From the IMG/VR virus record IMGVR_UViG_3300017782_004332, positions 32,001 through 96,000 of that record: a stretch of DNA of 64,000 nucleotides. One strand, 5' to 3'. How positions within the stretch are numbered: the first letter of the stretch is position 1; every line of letters starts with the position of its first letter. The notes under the pieces were generated by a model. It was not told the origin of the DNA. It did no database searches and saw only the letters and a program-made list of their open reading frames with translations. This DNA is from a virus. A program made the translations under genes and the position numbers. Of the stretch, positions 58,026-64,000 are shown in pieces.

Positions 58026-58721
58026 CGATTTAAAAGGTTTCGTTAACGAAATCTTTACTATTGATTCCTATAAATCAAAAATGGGAAAGGACGAAAATGT
58101 TGCAGTTTTAGCATTTGAAGTTTCAGATCAAGAACCTGCAAAAGACTTAATGTCTTTTATTGAAAAAGGATATCCTTTTATTTTAGATGCAGATGTTAGT
58201 TCAGGCGAAAATCGTAAAGGAAAATATGATGTATTCGTAGAAATGGAACGTAATAGGTATATTGGAAAAAATATCAAACAATATTAGACGATGTACAAAA
58301 ACTTGCAGGAGTCGAAGATTGGAAATATCGATACTATAAAGAAATAGAAAGCAAACCTTTCACAGAAGAATTAGATGTTCCAACAGACAAAGAAACATAC
58401 AATATGTTTATTGAAACATATAAACAACAAGAATTAGATCGATTTTTCAATAAAGGCGTAACTGAACAAAAATATATATCTGATAACATGCTTGAATTTA
58501 AAAGACATGCAAGTGGTTCTGTTAGATTAGAAATTATCGATGAAGGTACTACAGAAGAAATTACAGGAAAATATGTAGGAGCATCAAAACTAGACGAAGT
58601 ATCAATGTCAGAAGTTCTATGGCTTACAAAGTTTTTTGGTAATTATAATATATACAAAGTTGAAGAAAACCTGTTTTTTACTAACGGAGTAAGAACAAAG
58701 GTATTACAAAGGAAGAAATAA
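58006..58721 (+). pseudogene. Single hypothetical gene split by a -1 frameshift near 58265-58280
   Basis: First ORF stops at TAG 58285-58287; the -1 frame is open from there (ILDDVQKLAGVEDWKYRYYK...) into ORF 58404-58721. Confidence 0.65.
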
Positions 58722-58724
58722 TAT

Positions 58725-59237
58725 ATGTCTAAAGAAAACTATCAACAAGCATTAGAAATGATTTTACATCATGAAGGAGGGTATGTAAATCACCCTAAAG
58801 ATCCAGGTGGAGAAACTAACTTGGGTGTTACAAAAAGAGTTTACGAAGAATGGGGCGGAACAAAAGATATGAAGGATCTTTTAGTTGAAGATGTTGCTCC
58901 AATTTATGAAAAAAATTACTGGGGTAAAGTTAAAGGTGACGATATTCCAAGTGGCTTAGATTTATGTGTATTTGATTTTGCAGTAAACGCAGGTCCAGGC
59001 AGAGCCGCAAAGTTTTTACAAGCAATGATTGGTACTACTGTTGATGGTGGTATTGGTCCAAACACACTTCGTGCATTAGGAAACTTTGTTGAAAGCGAAG
59101 GTGTTGAATCTGCTGTTAAAACATATCAAGAAAAACGTCAAGAATATTATGAATCATTATCAACATTTTCTACTTTTGGTAGAGGATGGACAAGACGTGT
59201 TAACGAAACTACAGAAGCCGCTCTAAAAATGATATGA
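58725..59237 (+). CDS. Endolysin, glycoside hydrolase family 108 with peptidoglycan-binding domain
   Basis: HEGGYVNHPKDPGGETNLGVT, FDFAVNAG, DGGIGPNT, FGRGWTRR. Confidence 0.92.
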   Translation: MSKENYQQALEMILHHEGGYVNHPKDPGGETNLGVTKRVYEEWGGTKDMKDLLVEDVAPIYEKNYWGKVKGDDIPSGLDLCVFDFAVNAGPGRAAKFLQAMIGTTVDGGIGPNTLRALGNFVESEGVESAVKTYQEKRQEYYESLSTFSTFGRGWTRRVNETTEAALKMI

Positions 59238-59359
59238 GCCGAGTCTGTCAAAACTGCGGTAGACAACACAGTGGTAAACTAATTGAAACGTTTACAGACG
59301 GTGACAATAAACCAATAAAAATTATCGTCTGTGAACATGCTCGATATAAGGAAGAATAA
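59234..59359 (+). CDS. Small Cys/His peptide (41 aa)
   Basis: MSRVCQNCGRQH...VCEH; overlaps both neighbours; not in ORF track. Confidence 0.55.
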   Translation: MSRVCQNCGRQHSGKLIETFTDGDNKPIKIIVCEHARYKEE

Positions 59360-59847
59360 TGTTTGGGTCGATTAAAATAGCAATAGTATTAATTATGTTG
59401 GCAGGTGCTGGCGGTGGCTTTGTTTATGTTAAAGGCCTTAAAGCAGACTTGGCAACATCAGAAGCAAACAATCTAAAATTAGAACAAAGTGTTGAAAGCC
59501 AAAAGGCTGTGATAGAACAACAGGCTAATGACTTCAAAGCAATTCTTGTTGCTAACCAAGAACTTGAAAAAACAAATAAAACACTTGCCGCAGAGTTTGC
59601 CGATCTTGACAAACGTTTCAATAAAATTAATGGTCGTGGTGAAGTAAGAGACTTAGGTGATCTTGCTGTAAAAAGAACCAAGCCAATCGAACGTGTTATT
59701 AATAATGCTACCAAGAAAGCAATGAGATGTGTAGAAATTGCTATGGGAGCAGAACTAACAGAAAAGGAAAAAACCGCTACTAAGAAATCAGAGATTAATT
59801 CTGAATGTCCAAGTATAGCGAATCCAAGTTATGTACCATATGATTAA
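59359..59847 (+). CDS. Inner-membrane spanin-like protein (Rz-like)
   Basis: N-terminal TM, long coiled coil, C-terminal Cys; follows endolysin. Confidence 0.7.
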   Translation: MFGSIKIAIVLIMLAGAGGGFVYVKGLKADLATSEANNLKLEQSVESQKAVIEQQANDFKAILVANQELEKTNKTLAAEFADLDKRFNKINGRGEVRDLGDLAVKRTKPIERVINNATKKAMRCVEIAMGAELTEKEKTATKKSEINSECPSIANPSYVPYD

Positions 59848-60199
59848 AAATACAATTTTAATTTTATTACTTGCTGTTGTTGTAAGTGGCTGTTCAAGTG
59901 TGAAAGAACTAAAAATCTTTGAAACAGAAGTTCCAAGAGAGAAATTAAACTTACCACACCCTGAAGCGGCTAAAATGGAACCACTACAGTGGGTAATCAT
60001 TACAAGCGAAAACGCTGAAGAAGTATTTGCTAAACTAAAAGAACAAGGCAAAGATCCTGTGTTGTTTGGTTTAAGCGACAAGGACTATGAGTTCCTATCT
60101 AAGAACTTTGCACAGATCCGTGCATACATGATCAAGCAACGTCAGGTTATAGATCAATACAAAGACTACTACGAGAACGAAGACAACAAAGCAGAGTAA
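59831..60199 (+). CDS. Outer-membrane spanin-like lipoprotein (Rz1-like)
   Basis: Lipobox VVSGC, Pro-rich linker, C-terminal YY; overlaps i-spanin. Confidence 0.7.
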   Translation: MYHMIKNTILILLLAVVVSGCSSVKELKIFETEVPREKLNLPHPEAAKMEPLQWVIITSENAEEVFAKLKEQGKDPVLFGLSDKDYEFLSKNFAQIRAYMIKQRQVIDQYKDYYENEDNKAE

Positions 60200-60200
60200 T

Positions 60201-60374
60201 ATGTTTAGAGCAGTAATCATATTAACTTTGGCGATTGTTCTGGCTGGTTGTTCAGCAAAAACTTCATGTAAAGTAAAACCCGGTGTTGATATAGACGTTG
60301 AAAACATTCAAACTATAGATGATCTTAAAAATCCTAACGTAACTCCTAAGGGCGAATTAGCCTGTTCTTTCTAA
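60201..60374 (+). CDS. Small lipoprotein (57 aa)
   Basis: MFRAVIILTLAIVLAGC lipobox; not in ORF track. Confidence 0.7.
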   Translation: MFRAVIILTLAIVLAGCSAKTSCKVKPGVDIDVENIQTIDDLKNPNVTPKGELACSF

Positions 60375-60403
60375 TAAATACTCACATAACAAAGAGGAAA
60401 ACT

Positions 60404-60685
60404 ATGTGGGAAATGATTGAAAGAATGGCAACAGATCGACTATGGATCTATACTGCCTTAGTTGGATCGCTATTCGGACTTGCGTTTTCAACTTATATCA
60501 AAGGTACACGTATTGGATTATGGGCCTATGCAAAGTTTGATTTGGTTGTAGATTTTTTAGTTGAGCGATATGGCTGGACTTGGTTACAACAGCCTACAGA
60601 TGCTTGGCGTAAAAAGTATCCACACGTAACAAAGAAAATCGATGAGTTAGAAACTCGTCTAAAGAAATTAGAGGGTAAAAAATAA
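60404..60685 (+). CDS. Membrane protein (holin/antiholin candidate)
   Basis: One TM; TAAATA and GAGGA upstream; in lysis region. Confidence 0.55.
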   Translation: MWEMIERMATDRLWIYTALVGSLFGLAFSTYIKGTRIGLWAYAKFDLVVDFLVERYGWTWLQQPTDAWRKKYPHVTKKIDELETRLKKLEGKK

Positions 60686-61020
60686 TGAGTGATTTAAAAA
60701 CTGAAAAAGAAAAAATTGCGGCAGGACATGCAATTAAAAAGAGTGTACAAATTGATCTTGAAGTAGACACAACTACTACCGACAGTTCAAAAAATCCTTA
60801 CCAAGGACTTATCCATATGGCAAAAGCAGTTGATGCTTGGAGAATTTTTCCAAGACTGTTCTTAACTGTTTACATTGTATTGTTATACAAATGTGTTATT
60901 TGGTACATGGATCTAGCGGCTCCTACAATGGAACAATCAGGTTTGATTAGTATTGTAGTTGGTGCTGGTGCGGCATGGTTTGGTCTTTACACAGGTACAT
61001 CTAAAAAGTCAGACAAATAG
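60685..61020 (+). CDS. Two-TM holin-like protein
   Basis: DAWRIFPR followed by two TMs and a basic C-terminus. Confidence 0.55.
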   Translation: MSDLKTEKEKIAAGHAIKKSVQIDLEVDTTTTDSSKNPYQGLIHMAKAVDAWRIFPRLFLTVYIVLLYKCVIWYMDLAAPTMEQSGLISIVVGAGAAWFGLYTGTSKKSDK

Positions 61021-61023
61021 AAC

Positions 61024-61052
61024 TTGACAAACACCTAAAATAAGTATATAAT
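61024..61052 (+). promoter_or_regulatory. Sigma70-type promoter; dnaJ ATG 6 nt after the -10 box
   Basis: TTGACA-N17-TATAAT-AGTACT-ATG, no SD. Confidence 0.75.
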
Positions 61053-61058
61053 AGTACT

Positions 61059-61925
61059 ATGGATTATTATGACTCTTTAGGTGTTTCTCGTAATGCCTCC
61101 GAAAAAGAAATAAAAACGGCTTTCCGCAAATTGGCGGCAAAGCACCATCCTGACAAAGGTGGAGATCATAAAAAGTTTACACAACTTAACGAAGCATATC
61201 AAGTATTAAGTAATCCTGAAAAGAAAGCAATGTATGACCAATATGGAACTACAGAGGCACCACAAGGATTTGGACCAAATGGTTTTCAAGGTACTGGAGG
61301 GTTCCAAGATATGTTTAGTCAAATGTTTGGACAAGGGACTGGAGACTTTGACGGAGAAGAAATTATTTTTGGTCCGGGTGGGTTTACTCGAAGACGTAGT
61401 AATAGAAACCACGATGTAAGAACTAATTTACAGATTAGTTTAGAAAATGCATATAATGGACATGAAGTAACTGTCCAATTTCCATTACCGCAAGGTGGAA
61501 CAAGAACAATTGATGTAAAGATACCAAAAGGTATTGATCATGGACAAACTATTAGATTACGCGGGTTAGGAGACCAAAGTATAAAAGGTGTGCCTCCGGG
61601 TGATCTTCATATAGCAGTTTCGATACATGATTATAGAGGATATAAACGGCAAGGAAATGATCTCCAAAAAGACTTGACAATTAACGTTTTTGACCTTATA
61701 ATAGGTACTAAGGTAAAGGTAGATCATATTAATGGAGAAAGTTATAATTTAAACATACCTTCCGGAACACAACCTGATACTGTATATAGTATTGGCGGAA
61801 AAGGTATGCCTGTTGTAAATGGCAATGGATATGGAAATTTGTACATCAAAGTTAAACCCGAGATACCAAAAAATCTTACGCCAGAGCAACTAGAAATGAT
61901 AACTAAAATTAGAGGAAAACAATGA
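61059..61925 (+). CDS. dnaJ: DnaJ-family chaperone (class II/CbpA-like, no zinc finger)
   Basis: DYY..LGV, HPD motif, G/F-rich region, IPKG, GDL, GKGMP. Confidence 0.9.
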   Translation: MDYYDSLGVSRNASEKEIKTAFRKLAAKHHPDKGGDHKKFTQLNEAYQVLSNPEKKAMYDQYGTTEAPQGFGPNGFQGTGGFQDMFSQMFGQGTGDFDGEEIIFGPGGFTRRRSNRNHDVRTNLQISLENAYNGHEVTVQFPLPQGGTRTIDVKIPKGIDHGQTIRLRGLGDQSIKGVPPGDLHIAVSIHDYRGYKRQGNDLQKDLTINVFDLIIGTKVKVDHINGESYNLNIPSGTQPDTVYSIGGKGMPVVNGNGYGNLYIKVKPEIPKNLTPEQLEMITKIRGKQ

Positions 61926-62434
61926 ACTTAATTTATTACCCAGACGAATTTTTAAACAAACAAGTAAAACCAGTTGACTTCGAAAACCCTGGCATGGATC
62001 TAGCAGATGTTAAAAAAGATATGCTAGACATTATGTATGCTAGTGATGGAGTAGGATTAAGTGCAAACCAAGTAGGCATTGATGCACAGATATTTGTCAT
62101 GGGAAGTAAACATGTTCCTGATAAAAGTGCAGTCTTTATCAATCCTAAAGTATTAGAAGCAAGTAAAGAAACAACATTAGATTGGGAAGGTTGTTTAAGT
62201 TTCCCTGGAGTTTACGTAAAACTACATAGACCCAAGTGGATAGTAGCAGAATTTTATAACGAGAAAGGTGAGAAGCAAACAGGCAAAATTGAAGAATATG
62301 ATGCAAGATGTTACCTTCATGAATTAGATCACTTACTTGGTATTACATATAAAGATCGTGCAAGTGGTCTTAAATGGGAAATGGCAGTAAAACGTGCAAA
62401 TAAATTTAAGAAACGAGGATTAATTAATGCTTGA
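61922..62434 (+). CDS. def: Peptide deformylase
   Basis: GVGLSANQ, EGCLS, HELDH. Confidence 0.95.
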   Translation: MNLIYYPDEFLNKQVKPVDFENPGMDLADVKKDMLDIMYASDGVGLSANQVGIDAQIFVMGSKHVPDKSAVFINPKVLEASKETTLDWEGCLSFPGVYVKLHRPKWIVAEFYNEKGEKQTGKIEEYDARCYLHELDHLLGITYKDRASGLKWEMAVKRANKFKKRGLINA

Positions 62435-64000
62435 ACCTGATTCGCAATTAGAAAGTATTTTTGAAAAGGCTATTAAATTAGCACAAGATGCAAAACACGA
62501 GTATGTTACTGTAGAACATTTCTGCTATGCACTTGTATTGAACGAAGATTTTAAAGAAGTGCTCGAAGACTTTGGTGCAGATGCTACAGAGATGGGCAAA
62601 GAGTTATCTACCTTCATCGGAACAAAACTACAGGAAATTGTTAATGAGACCCGCAAAGGTCGTCCGACTAAAACACAAGCATTAGAACGTGTACTCAATA
62701 GAGCATTTACACAAACACTGTTTAGTGGTAGGACTACTATTTCTCCAAGTGATGTATTCATGTCGATAATAAATGAAAAGAAATCTTACAGTTCTTTCTT
62801 AATGAAGAAATACAATATTGATAAAGAAAAATTTAGTAACTTTATTGAAACCGAGGAAGTTCTAGGTCAGGCGGCAAGTGGTGAATATAATAAGAGTCAG
62901 TTAGAAAGACTTATAAGTCAATTTTGTTCTAATCTTTCTGCTAAAGCAAAAGCAGGTAAAATTGATCCTGTTATTGGCAGAGGAAAAGAGATTGAAGAAA
63001 CTGTGCTTATTTTAGCACGTAGACAAAAAGCAAACGTAATGTTAGTTGGTGATCCGGGTGTTGGTAAAACTGCAATCGCTGAAGGACTAGCAGTTGAAAT
63101 AGTTAATGACAATGTTCCAAATTTTATTAAAGGTGCAACAGTATATTCATTAGATATTGGAGCAATGGTTGCCGGAAGCAAATATCGAGGAGACTTTGAA
63201 GAACGACTTAAAATGGTTGTTCATGCATTAGAAAAGAAAAAGAATAGTATTTTATTCATCGACGAAGCACATATGATTAATGGTGCAGGTAGTGGTGGAC
63301 AAGGTCAAGCAAATGATATGGCTAATATGCTAAAGCCTGCTTTAAGTAAAGGAACAATCAAGGTCGTAGCAAGTACTACATGGGAAGAATATCGTAAGCA
63401 CTTTGAAAAAGATCGTGCTTTAATGCGTAGGTTCCAACGTGTAACAATTGACGAGCCTGATGAGGAAACAACAATTGATATCTTAAAAGGTATTAAAAAA
63501 TACTACGAAGAGCATCATAATGTAAAAATTACTGAAAAAGCAATTGAAGGAGCAGTTAAGTATTCAATTAAGTACATGGCTGATAAAAAATTACCTGATA
63601 AAGCAATCGATGTAATTGACCGTGCAGGTGCAAGATTTAAAATAAAAGATGTCGAAAACGGTATTATTGATCATGACGAAGTTGTTTACGAAATTAGTAA
63701 ACTTACAAACCTACCACTAGAACAAGTGGCCGCAAAAGATAATGAATCAATGCGTGACCTTGATGGTAATATGAAAAAACGTGTGTATGGTCAAGATGAT
63801 GCAATCAATAGTTTACTTGACAAAATTTTTATTGCTCAAGCAGGATTGAAGTCTCTTAATAAACCTGTAGGTTCATTTTTGTTTGTAGGTCCAACTGGGT
63901 GTGGTAAAACAGAAACAGCAAAAGTTTTAGCAGAAGAAATGGGCACAAAACTTGTACGTTTTGATATGAGTGAATTCCAAGAGAAACATTCTGTTGCTAA
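62427..64000 (+). CDS. clpA: ATP-dependent Clp protease ATP-binding subunit ClpA, 3'-truncated by the window
   Basis: MLEPDSQLE...HEYVTVEH, IDPVIGR, GDPGVGKT, GSKYRGDFEER, FIDEAH, LPDKAID, VYGQD, GPTGCGKTE, FDMSEFQEKH; missing from ORF track because it runs off the end. Confidence 0.93.
   Translation, partial: MLEPDSQLESIFEKAIKLAQDAKHEYVTVEHFCYALVLNEDFKEVLEDFGADATEMGKELSTFIGTKLQEIVNETRKGRPTKTQALERVLNRAFTQTLFSGRTTISPSDVFMSIINEKKSYSSFLMKKYNIDKEKFSNFIETEEVLGQAASGEYNKSQLERLISQFCSNLSAKAKAGKIDPVIGRGKEIEETVLILARRQKANVMLVGDPGVGKTAIAEGLAVEIVNDNVPNFIKGATVYSLDIGAMVAGSKYRGDFEERLKMVVHALEKKKNSILFIDEAHMINGAGSGGQGQANDMANMLKPALSKGTIKVVASTTWEEYRKHFEKDRALMRRFQRVTIDEPDEETTIDILKGIKKYYEEHHNVKITEKAIEGAVKYSIKYMADKKLPDKAIDVIDRAGARFKIKDVENGIIDHDEVVYEISKLTNLPLEQVAAKDNESMRDLDGNMKKRVYGQDDAINSLLDKIFIAQAGLKSLNKPVGSFLFVGPTGCGKTETAKVLAEEMGTKLVRFDMSEFQEKHSVA

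Overview
This 64-kb AT-rich window reads as part of a large T4-like (jumbo) myophage genome, probably from a marine proteobacterial host, not as a bacterial chromosome. Evidence: dense small ORFs; giant baseplate/tail-fibre proteins; a lysis cassette (GH108 endolysin, spanin pair, holin-like proteins); an RFC/gp44-like clamp loader; PhoH; MazG; six CCA-encoding tRNAs; sigma70-type early promoters; and a recurrent TAAATA late-promoter motif. It carries many host-like genes: a haem-to-bilin module (ALA synthase, YbaN, haem oxygenase, PcyX-like reductase); a near-complete protein quality-control set (Hsp20, GroES/GroEL, a second GroES-like protein, DnaJ, ClpS, ClpA, two ClpP, peptide deformylase); oxidative/UV stress genes (peroxiredoxin fragment, UvsE, Cu/Zn SOD, IscA, ferredoxin, 2OG-Fe(II) oxygenases); and a QueD/glycosyltransferase/phosphomannomutase cluster. 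The most striking locus (13.6-21.5 kb) is a curli-like secretion operon (CsgF, CsgG, two curlin-repeat proteins, a FecR-domain protein) transcribed divergently from a CHASE2-type membrane adenylate cyclase, which suggests a phage-encoded trans-envelope cAMP signalling system. Non-coding signals include a shared ROSE-like RNA-thermometer motif before hsp20 and groES, a TAAATA-N5-ATG arrangement implying leaderless late mRNAs, and two GC-rich structured RNA candidates next to tRNAs. All protein calls come from motif recognition by eye; no database searches were run.
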